Source: Marinomonas profundi (GTDB taxonomy: Bacteria > Pseudomonadota > Gammaproteobacteria > Pseudomonadales > Marinomonadaceae). From it: 32,000 bases of DNA. The position numbers and the translations under genes are program-made. The notes beneath the pieces are model-generated. The model ran no database searches. It was given only the letters and a program-made list of their open reading frames with translations, and had not been told where the DNA came from. Of the stretch, positions 20,387-27,233 are shown piece by piece. The number at the start of each line of letters is the position of its first letter. The stretch's first letter is position 1. The stretch lies in the NCBI RefSeq assembly GCF_020694005.1, contig NZ_CP073013.1, forward strand, positions 1,156,578 to 1,188,577, read 5' to 3'.

Positions 20387-20485
20387 GTCAGATAAGCCTC
20401 GTGCCTCGTCTTATCTGACCTACGTGTGGTTGGTGTGGATCATATGATTGGTGATTTCGTGATGTTTTTGTAGGCCGGATGAGGG
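20387..20485. repeat. REP doublet (reverse copy 20387-20424, GT-rich spacer, truncated forward copy 20470-20485)
   Basis: gtcagataag cctcgtgcctcgt cttatctgac ctacg has a perfect 10-bp stem. The spacer tgtggttggtgtggatcatatgattggtgatttcgtgatgttttt resembles the spacer at 28437-28485. It is followed by gtaggccggatgaggg. Confidence 0.8.
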
Positions 20486-20595
20486 ATGTTGTGTAGAGTT
20501 GGTTTGTATTGTGTTTTGTAGGGCATCATGAGCGAAGTGTAATGTGCCGTTGGTGGTTTCGTTTACGTCACGTTCATCTTCTACCGTCACTTTCA

Positions 20596-20638
20596 TTTTC
20601 AAGTAAAGCGCCTCGTACCTCGCCTCATCTGACCTACG
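20596..20638 (-). repeat. REP-like element (long form, reverse orientation)
   Basis: ttttcaagtaaagcgcctcgtacctcgcctcatctgacctacg. It parallels 28383-28436 and 28575-28627. Confidence 0.8.
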
Positions 20639-20658
20639 GGTGGGTTGGTTAGGTTTTC

Positions 20659-21150
20659 TCAGCGGCCTATTCCTCTGCTGCTAAGATCGGTGTTGATAGC
20701 GTCTGCAACTCCCATTAAAAAACCTAAATTGCCATGGGCAGTTTGCAATGCGTCCACCAGTAGATTCAAATCTTCAATGTATTCATGAATCATTTGATTT
20801 CTCAACTGTCGCAGTTCTAGCCATAATTCAACTGAAGGCAATACACCAATTTTTTCTGCTTTATCTAAATTATCAATCGCGACGTTTGTCTTTTCTTCTA
20901 ATATATCTAGCCATGCTGGTAGAAATTTATCACCTAGCGTGTCCTGCAAACGGCAAAATCGACTAATGAAAGCCTCTAGCTGCTCAGCAAGCTCTTCGTT
21001 ACTGTTCAGCTGTTCGGCTAATTCAAGTGTAAACGGCTGATGAAATATTTTAGATGCCGAATAGTTTAAATGGTGAATTTCTCTGTCAACCACTCGTTGC
21101 AAAAACATTACCCTTTCTAGCTTATCAACGGCATTATTTTTTGACTTCAT
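20659..21150 (-). CDS. HEPN-type putative toxin partner of the upstream nucleotidyltransferase
   Basis: 163 aa. It carries an Rx4H motif (RQLRNQMIHEY) near the C-terminal third. The start overlaps the MNT stop (ATGA). Confidence 0.6.
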   Translation of the reverse strand: MKSKNNAVDKLERVMFLQRVVDREIHHLNYSASKIFHQPFTLELAEQLNSNEELAEQLEAFISRFCRLQDTLGDKFLPAWLDILEEKTNVAIDNLDKAEKIGVLPSVELWLELRQLRNQMIHEYIEDLNLLVDALQTAHGNLGFLMGVADAINTDLSSRGIGR

Positions 21151-21446
21151 AATAAAACCCCCTTGTTCTGCGCTATCTGGTGTATTGGTAAACTTTTTAA
21201 ATTAGGCGCAGACAATAAGACATCCACTTTACGGCCTTGAAACAATCTAATGAGACGTGCACTTATTTTTGATGACAATACAGCAGGATGTTCAATCACA
21301 TTATTTAGAGTAATCAGCAAGTCTATGTCTCCACCTTTTTTAGTATCATCAACACGAGAACCAAATAAGGTCACTTTTGCGTCTTCGCCAGCGAGCATGG
21401 CAACCACTTGCTTTATTGTTTGCACCTGATTGTCTGTTAATCTCAT
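21147..21446 (-). CDS. Minimal nucleotidyltransferase (MNT) domain protein, putative antitoxin
   Basis: 99 aa. LFGSRVDDTKKGGDIDLLI matches the GS-x(9-10)-DxD polymerase-beta-type NTase motif. A GGAG SD lies 8 nt upstream of the ATG. Confidence 0.8.
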   Translation of the reverse strand: MRLTDNQVQTIKQVVAMLAGEDAKVTLFGSRVDDTKKGGDIDLLITLNNVIEHPAVLSSKISARLIRLFQGRKVDVLLSAPNLKSLPIHQIAQNKGVLL

Positions 21447-21696
21447 TTTGACTACTCCGTCGCTGATTTTAATCGATAGTACGTCTTATTCATTGCCGAT
21501 ATTTTTATAAAGAAGCGTTTTCATGTCTTTTCAGATTACACCTCATACCTCTTCAAAACTGCGATTTTTTCGTGTCAATCAACATACCAAGCCCCTTTTC
21601 AGTTTCTTGAAAATAAGTATACCTATGTTAACAAAATAATCATTTCCTCTTTTTGACTCGGTCCTTTGCGATTTCGCTTTCGTACATGCTGTTTTC

Positions 21697-21873
21697 GTAG
21701 GCCGGATGAGGGAGGCACGACCGTTATCCGGCGATGAAGGATGAGGGAAGCACGACCGTTATCCGGCGATGAAGGATGAGGGAGGCACGACCGTTATCCG
21801 GCGATGAAGGATGAGGGAGGCACGACCGTTATCCGGCGATGAAGGATGAGGGAGGCACGACCGTTATCCGGCG
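21697..21873 (+). repeat. Five head-to-tail copies of a 35-bp REP-derived unit (forward orientation)
   Basis: ggatgaggga(g/a)gcacgaccgttatccggcgatgaa starts at 21704, 21739, 21774, 21809 and 21844, an exact 35-bp period. The first copy is preceded by cgtaggcc and the last ends ...ccggcgttgga. Confidence 0.95.
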
Positions 21874-21940
21874 TTGGATGGTTGTCGTTGGGTGTTGTTG
21901 TGGGGTAAGGTTATTTTTTGTCTGTTGCAGAGGGATTTGT

Positions 21941-23377
21941 ATGTTGGATGTTAAGCATCATGGTGCGGTGCAGGGTGTGACTGGGTCTTGCCATGAGTTG
22001 TTTGTGGATGGTGACAATTCGGTTTTGGTGGATTGCGGTTTGTTTCAGGGGGCGGAGACGTCTGGATCTGGGGCAGATTCGAATAGTTTAGAAATAGACT
22101 TTGATCTTTCTGCTGTGCAGGCGTTGGTTATTACTCACGTTCATATCGATCACGTTGGGCGTTTGCCGTATTTGTTGGCAGCGGGGGTTACTGGGCCGAT
22201 TTATTGCTCTAAGCCGAGTGCGGCTTTGTTGCCTTTGGTGATTGAAGACGCACTAAAAGTCGGAGTCACGCGCAATGCCAGTATTATTGAGGCGTGTTTA
22301 GATCGCTTGGCATCGCAATTGGTGCCGTTGGAATACAAAGAATGGACGAGTATTCCGCTTGCAGGGAAAGGTTCTAGCGTTCAGTTACGTTTGTGCCGTG
22401 CGGGGCATATTTTGGGCTCGGCGTATGTGACGTTTCGGGTGAAAAATGCCGAGATAAAATCAAAAGGCAAAGCCTATCACGATGTGGTGTTTTCTGGGGA
22501 TTTGGGGGCGCCCTATTCGCCTTTATTGCCCGCGCCACAATCTCCTTATCGAGCTGATCAATTGGTTATTGAAAGTACCTATGGTGATCGCAACCATGAA
22601 AACCGATCCACTCGACGCCAGCGTTTGCAGAGTAGCTTAGAACACGCGTTGAGCGATTCGGGCACAGTACTTATTCCAGCGTTTAGCATTGGCCGTACGC
22701 AGGAATTGCTGTATGAGTTGGAACATATAATTCATCAGAACAAGCAGAAAACCGTGAGCCAAACGCGTTCAGGTGTGCCACTAAACTGGGAAGACATTGA
22801 TATTATTATCGACTCCCCTCTCGCCAGTCGTTTTACTACTGTGTATCGATCGTTGAAAACCTATTGGGACGCAGAAGCCAAGCGTCGGGTTAATGCAGGC
22901 CGTCATCCATTGAGCTTTGAGCAAGTCACTACGATAGATGACCATGCCACCCATTTACAAACTGTCTCTTACCTACAGCGCCAAACTCGTCCTGCCATTG
23001 TTATCGCCGCTTCCGGCATGTGCGCCGGTGGGCGGATCGTAAATTATTTAAAAGCATTATTGGGCGATGAACGCAATGACGTGTTGTTTGTAGGTTATCA
23101 GGCGACAGGGACGCCAGGCCGGGACATTTTGAAGTATCACAATAAACCCAATGGGTATGTCATGTTCGATGGTGAGCGGTATGCCATTAACGCCAAGGTA
23201 CAGCAAATAAGCGGGTATTCCGCCCATGCAGGGCAACGGGATTTATTAAACTTCATCAAACGCATGCGCGTCCGTCCGGAAAAAGTCCACCTAGTACACG
23301 GCGACGACCGCGCCAAGCAGACACTGAAAAGCATGATTGAACAAGAAAACCCCACATGCCACGTCATCGTACCGTAG
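21941..23377 (+). CDS. MBL-fold metallo-hydrolase of the beta-CASP (RNA-metabolising) family
   Basis: Start moved to MLDVKHHGAVQGVTGSCHEL at ATG 21941, which has GAGGG upstream. The ORF-track start at 21839 lies inside the tandem repeat. It carries the HxHxDH motif (THVHIDHVGR) and a beta-CASP-like C-terminal part (YSAHAGQRDL, VHLVHGD). Confidence 0.85.
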   Translation: MLDVKHHGAVQGVTGSCHELFVDGDNSVLVDCGLFQGAETSGSGADSNSLEIDFDLSAVQALVITHVHIDHVGRLPYLLAAGVTGPIYCSKPSAALLPLVIEDALKVGVTRNASIIEACLDRLASQLVPLEYKEWTSIPLAGKGSSVQLRLCRAGHILGSAYVTFRVKNAEIKSKGKAYHDVVFSGDLGAPYSPLLPAPQSPYRADQLVIESTYGDRNHENRSTRRQRLQSSLEHALSDSGTVLIPAFSIGRTQELLYELEHIIHQNKQKTVSQTRSGVPLNWEDIDIIIDSPLASRFTTVYRSLKTYWDAEAKRRVNAGRHPLSFEQVTTIDDHATHLQTVSYLQRQTRPAIVIAASGMCAGGRIVNYLKALLGDERNDVLFVGYQATGTPGRDILKYHNKPNGYVMFDGERYAINAKVQQISGYSAHAGQRDLLNFIKRMRVRPEKVHLVHGDDRAKQTLKSMIEQENPTCHVIVP

Positions 23378-23932
23378 AAATGTGTGGCTCACCGGATTTG
23401 GTCTAGTCCCTTCCCCTTTTCTCTTCCAAGGGGAAGGTTAGGATGGGGTTCAGGTCTTGTAACCCCCTCCCAGCCTCCCCCTTAAAGACACAAGGGGGAG
23501 GAGCAGAGCTGAGTTGTCTAGTCCCTTCCCCTTTTCTCTTCCAAGGGGAAGGTTAGGATGGGGTTCAGGTCTTGTAACCCCCTCCCAGCCTCCCCCTTAA
23601 AGACACAAGGGGGAGGTGCAGAGCTGAGTTGTCTAGTCCCTTCCCCTTTTCTCTTCCAAGGGGAAGGTTAGGATGGGGTTCAGGTCTTGTAACCTCCTCC
23701 CAGCCTCCCCCTTAAAGACACAAGGGGGAGGAGCAGAGCTGAGTTGTCTAGTCCCTTCCCCTTTTCTCTTCCAAGGGGAAGGTTAGGATGGGGTTCAGGT
23801 CTTGTAACCCCCTCCCAGCCTCCCCCTTAAAGACACAAGGGGGAGGAGCAGAGCTGAGTTGTCTAGTCCCTGTTGTGGTTGAATTAGCCGGACACTTCAA
23901 TAAAGGATAATATCCAATTATTGAGGTGTAAA

Positions 23933-24220
23933 ATGACTAAACGTACTAACAAACAATATCCAAACGATTTTAAGCAAGAAGCGGTGGCGCTGGTGATTGA
24001 GCAAGGTTACTCCGTTGTTGAGGCTGCCGCTTCACTGAATATCACTGACAAGCTACTTTATAACTGGGTAGCGAAGTTTAAACAACAAGATGAAGATTCA
24101 GAGTTGTCGAAGGATGAGCGGGCTGAACTCGTTCAGCTCAGAAAAGACAATAAGCGCTTGCTGATGGAGCGCGAAATATTAAAAAAGGCTTCAGCGTTTT
24201 TCGCAAAAGAAATGAAATAA
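23933..24220 (+). CDS. IS3-family transposase OrfA (HTH)
   Basis: MTKRTNKQYPNDFKQEAVALVIEQGYSVVEAAASLNI... The ATG at 23933 has a GAGGTG SD. The ORF-track start at 23921 is a TTG. Confidence 0.9.
   Translation: MTKRTNKQYPNDFKQEAVALVIEQGYSVVEAAASLNITDKLLYNWVAKFKQQDEDSELSKDERAELVQLRKDNKRLLMEREILKKASAFFAKEMK
24181..24187 (+). promoter_or_regulatory. Programmed -1 ribosomal frameshift heptamer A_AAA_AAG (OrfA to OrfAB)
   Basis: The heptamer is in the zero frame of orfA (tta aaa aag). The -1 frame is open from here through orfB with no stop. The stem agaaatgaa/ttcatttct at about 24207-24232 encloses the orfA stop. Confidence 0.8.
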
Positions 24221-24276
24221 AATATTCATTTCTCAAAAGTTTAGGTAAGCAGTACCCAGTTGCCATATCGTGTAAA

Positions 24277-25089
24277 GTGATGCGCGTTAGCAAATCTGCA
24301 TACTATGCTTGGCGAAAACGTCCCGCGATAATTATCAGTGCACAAACACTGAATTTACATCGTAGGGCGAAGGCGCTTTTTGAAGATAGTCGAGGCAGTC
24401 TGGGTAGCCGAGAGCTTGCGAAAAAGCTTCGCAAAGAAGACTTTGATGTTAGCCGGCATCGTGTCATTGGCTTGATGAAACGATTGGGGTTAGTCGTTAA
24501 GCAGCGTATCGCTTACAAAGTCACCACAAAGCGCAAAGACAGTGATGCTGTAGCGGATAATTTATTGAACATGAATTTTAACCCGTTAGGCCCAAACCAG
24601 GTGTGGGCTGGGGATGTGTCATATTTAAAAACAGGCGAAGGCTGGCTATACCTTGCTATTGTAATGGATTTATTTGGTCGTCGCATAGTGGGTTGGCACA
24701 CGTCAAAACGTATGACGACAGACTTAATTGAGCATGCATTTTTAAAAGCACATCGCTTACGACAGCCGCCAAAGGGCTTAGTGTTTCATAGCGACAGAGG
24801 CTCGCAATACACGAGTAAACACTTTAGAAGCCTATTAAAACGGCTTGATTGCCGCTCTAGCATGGGTGACGTCGGTGCGTGTTGGGATAATGCCGTGGTT
24901 GAAAGGTTCTTCGGCAGTTTAAAACATGATTGGTTGTTCAAGGTAGCACAACCAACAAGAGAGCATATGAAGCAAGATGTTGCGGCGTATGTGAAATATT
25001 ACAATCTGGAGCGATTACATTCGTCGAATGGCGACCAATCACCCATTGAGTATGAAAACTCCTTTAGGAAAGTGTCCGGTTGGACTTGA
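24277..25089 (+). CDS. IS3-family transposase OrfB (DDE/RNase H-fold catalytic part; expressed as an OrfAB fusion)
   Basis: DDE candidates are WAGDVSYL, FHSDRGSQY and NAVVERFFGSLK. The frame is -1 relative to orfA. Confidence 0.9.
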   Translation: MMRVSKSAYYAWRKRPAIIISAQTLNLHRRAKALFEDSRGSLGSRELAKKLRKEDFDVSRHRVIGLMKRLGLVVKQRIAYKVTTKRKDSDAVADNLLNMNFNPLGPNQVWAGDVSYLKTGEGWLYLAIVMDLFGRRIVGWHTSKRMTTDLIEHAFLKAHRLRQPPKGLVFHSDRGSQYTSKHFRSLLKRLDCRSSMGDVGACWDNAVVERFFGSLKHDWLFKVAQPTREHMKQDVAAYVKYYNLERLHSSNGDQSPIEYENSFRKVSGWT

Positions 25090-25392
25090 CCAGAACACCC
25101 TTCCCCTTTTCTCTTCCAAGGGGAAGGTTAGGATGGGGTTCAGGTCTTGTAACCCCCACCCAGCCTCCCCCTTAAAGACACAAGGGGGAGGAGCAGAGCT
25201 GAGTTGTCTAGTCCCTTCCCCTTTTCTCTTCCAAGGGGAAGGTTAGGATGGGGTTCAGGTCTTGTAACCCCCTCCCGGCCTCCCCCTTAAAGACACAAGG
25301 GGGAGGAGCAGAGCTGAGTTGTCTAGTCCCTGTTGTGGTTGAATTAGCCGGACACTTCAATAAAGGATAATATCCAATTATTGAGGTGTAAA

Positions 25393-25680
25393 ATGACTAA
25401 ACGTACTAACAAACAATATCCAAACGATTTTAAGCAAGAAGCGGTGGCGCTGGTGATTGAGCAAGGTTACTCCGTTGTTGAGGCTGCCGCTTCACTGAAT
25501 ATCACTGACAAGCTACTTTATAACTGGGTAGCGAAGTTTAAACAACAAGATGAAGATTCAGAGTTGTCGAAGGATGAGCGGGCTGAACTCGTTCAGCTCA
25601 GAAAAGACAATAAGCGCTTGCTGATGGAGCGCGAAATATTAAAAAAGGCTTCAGCGTTTTTCGCAAAAGAAATGAAATAA
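25393..25680 (+). CDS. IS3-family transposase OrfA (copy 2)
   Basis: Identical to 23933-24220. Confidence 0.9.
   Translation: MTKRTNKQYPNDFKQEAVALVIEQGYSVVEAAASLNITDKLLYNWVAKFKQQDEDSELSKDERAELVQLRKDNKRLLMEREILKKASAFFAKEMK
25641..25647 (+). promoter_or_regulatory. Programmed -1 frameshift heptamer A_AAA_AAG (copy 2)
   Basis: Identical to 24181-24187. Confidence 0.8.
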
Positions 25681-25736
25681 AATATTCATTTCTCAAAAGT
25701 TTAGGTAAGCAGTACCCAGTTGCCATATCGTGTAAA

Positions 25737-26549
25737 GTGATGCGCGTTAGCAAATCTGCATACTATGCTTGGCGAAAACGTCCCGCGATAATTATCAGTG
25801 CACAAACACTGAATTTACATCGTAGGGCGAAGGCGCTTTTTGAAGATAGTCGAGGCAGTCTGGGTAGCCGAGAGCTTGCGAAAAAGCTTCGCAAAGAAGA
25901 CTTTGATGTTAGCCGGCATCGTGTCATTGGCTTGATGAAACGATTGGGGTTAGTCGTTAAGCAGCGTATCGCTTACAAAGTCACCACAAAGCGCAAAGAC
26001 AGTGATGCTGTAGCGGATAATTTATTGAACATGAATTTTAACCCGTTAGGCCCAAACCAGGTGTGGGCTGGGGATGTGTCATATTTAAAAACAGGCGAAG
26101 GCTGGCTATACCTTGCTATTGTAATGGATTTATTTGGTCGTCGCATAGTGGGTTGGCACACGTCAAAACGTATGACGACAGACTTAATTGAGCATGCATT
26201 TTTAAAAGCACATCGCTTACGACAGCCGCCAAAGGGCTTAGTGTTTCATAGCGACAGAGGCTCGCAATACACGAGTAAACACTTTAGAAGCCTATTAAAA
26301 CGGCTTGATTGCCGCTCTAGCATGGGTGACGTCGGTGCGTGTTGGGATAATGCCGTGGTTGAAAGGTTCTTCGGCAGTTTAAAACATGATTGGTTGTTCA
26401 AGGTAGCACAACCAACAAGAGAGCATATGAAGCAAGATGTTGCGGCGTATGTGAAATATTACAATCTGGAGCGATTACATTCGTCGAATGGCGACCAATC
26501 ACCCATTGAGTATGAAAACTCCTTTAGGAAAGTGTCCGGTTGGACTTGA
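25737..26549 (+). CDS. IS3-family transposase OrfB (copy 2)
   Basis: Identical to 24277-25089. Confidence 0.9.
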   Translation: MMRVSKSAYYAWRKRPAIIISAQTLNLHRRAKALFEDSRGSLGSRELAKKLRKEDFDVSRHRVIGLMKRLGLVVKQRIAYKVTTKRKDSDAVADNLLNMNFNPLGPNQVWAGDVSYLKTGEGWLYLAIVMDLFGRRIVGWHTSKRMTTDLIEHAFLKAHRLRQPPKGLVFHSDRGSQYTSKHFRSLLKRLDCRSSMGDVGACWDNAVVERFFGSLKHDWLFKVAQPTREHMKQDVAAYVKYYNLERLHSSNGDQSPIEYENSFRKVSGWT

Positions 26550-26810
26550 CCAGAACTCCCTTCCCCTTTTCTCTTCCAAGGGGAAGGTTAGGATGGGGTT
26601 CAGGTCTTGTAACCTCCTCCCAGCCTCCCCCTTAAAGACACAAGGGGGAGGAGCAGAGCTGAGTTGTCTAGTCCCTTCCCCTTTTCTCTTCCAAGGGGAA
26701 GGTTAGGATGGGGTTCAGGTCTTGTAACCCCCTCCCAGCCTCCCCCTTAAAGACACAAGGGGGAGGAGCAGAGCTGGGGATCTAGTGTATTTAGCATGGA
26801 GGCTAAGTTT

Positions 26811-27176
26811 ATGACTCAAAAACTATTTAATATTAAGCAAAATCGTCATTTTCGTTCAGTATTAAGAAATAACTTAACAGAACCAGAAAAAATCCTATGG
26901 CAGCGAATCAGATCAAAACAGTTAGGGGTTAAATTTCGGCGACAGCACGGTATAGGAAAATATATTGTTGATTTTTATTGCCCGGAAAAAAAACTGGTTA
27001 TAGAGTTAGATGGCGATAGCCATTACAACCACGACACTCAAGCATACGATCGAAAGCGTGACGACTTTATGAGATCCCAAGGACTGCAAGTAATACGCTT
27101 TACTAACCAAGACATAATGAAAAAACTAGACGCTGTTTTAGAAGTGATTCATCAAAGTATTCAAACCCCGAAATAA
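26811..27176 (+). CDS. DUF559 endonuclease-domain protein (Vsr/restriction-endonuclease-like fold)
   Basis: LTEPEKILWQRIRSKQLGVKFRRQHGIGKYIVDFYCPEKKLVIELDGDSH...RDDFMRSQGLQVIRFTNQDI is the canonical DUF559 pattern. The ATG at 26811 has GGAGG 8 nt upstream. The ORF-track start is 26796. Confidence 0.85.
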   Translation: MTQKLFNIKQNRHFRSVLRNNLTEPEKILWQRIRSKQLGVKFRRQHGIGKYIVDFYCPEKKLVIELDGDSHYNHDTQAYDRKRDDFMRSQGLQVIRFTNQDIMKKLDAVLEVIHQSIQTPK

Positions 27177-27215
27177 CCCCCTCCCGGCCTCCCCCTTAAA
27201 GACACAAGGGGGAGG
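27175..27215 (+). repeat. Solo copy of the hairpin-2 segment of the 115-bp repeat, between convergent genes (possible bidirectional terminator)
   Basis: aaccccctcccggcctcccccttaaagacacaagggggagg. It begins inside the DUF559 stop codon and has a 10-bp GC-rich stem, but no clear U-tract. Confidence 0.7.
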
Positions 27216-27233
27216 GGAAATGGCGTGGGAATA

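Larger units (their letters stand above)
23871..25097 (+). mobile_element. IS3-family insertion sequence, copy 1
   Basis: The ends are TG...CA. The imperfect terminal IRs are tgttgtggttgaattagccggacactt and, at the right end in reverse complement, tgttctggtcaagtccaaccggacactt. orfA and orfB lie in the -1 frame arrangement. The flanking CCC is duplicated. Boundaries are good to about +/-2 bp. Confidence 0.9.
25331..26557 (+). mobile_element. IS3-family insertion sequence, copy 2
   Basis: Offset is exactly 1460 bp from copy 1. My block-by-block comparison found 1226 identical bases. Only the last base differs (t instead of a). Confidence 0.9.
23401..26775 (+). repeat. Array of 8 units of a 115-bp three-hairpin repeat (units 5 and 7 each split by an IS)
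   Basis: Unit starts (gtctagtccc) lie at 23401, 23516, 23631, 23746, 23861, 25206, 25321 and 26666. Each unit has three stems: ccttcccc/ggggaagg, ggggtt/aacccc and cctccccctt/aagggggagg. Confidence 0.95.

Noticed and set aside
20420-20602. 60-aa minus-strand ORF between Fic and the HEPN gene
   Set aside because: It lies between two REP copies, has a low-complexity product and no SD. It is probably non-coding repeat-flank sequence.
21575-21640. Sigma-70 promoter for the beta-CASP gene (TTGAAA at about 21607 with TAACAA or TATGTT downstream)
   Set aside because: The spacing to any acceptable -10 hexamer is poor, so I cannot support a promoter call from sequence alone.
21697-21873. 35-bp tandem repeats considered as a CRISPR array
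   Set aside because: The repeats are directly contiguous with no unique spacers, the unit belongs to the dispersed REP family, and there are no cas genes in the window.
23871-26557. IS pair explained as a simple 1460-bp tandem duplication
   Set aside because: The IS copies are identical, but the co-duplicated flanking repeat sequence differs at 3 positions plus the junction base. I kept this as the alternative hypothesis in the finding; it is not excluded.
23401-26775. 115-bp repeats considered as a CRISPR array or as coding repeats (ORFs 25028-25246 and 26488-26706)
   Set aside because: There are no spacers, only head-to-tail units. The ORFs simply read through hairpin repeats (SKGKVRMGF..., PLKTQGGGAEL) and continue out of the IS end. 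They have no start or SD context.
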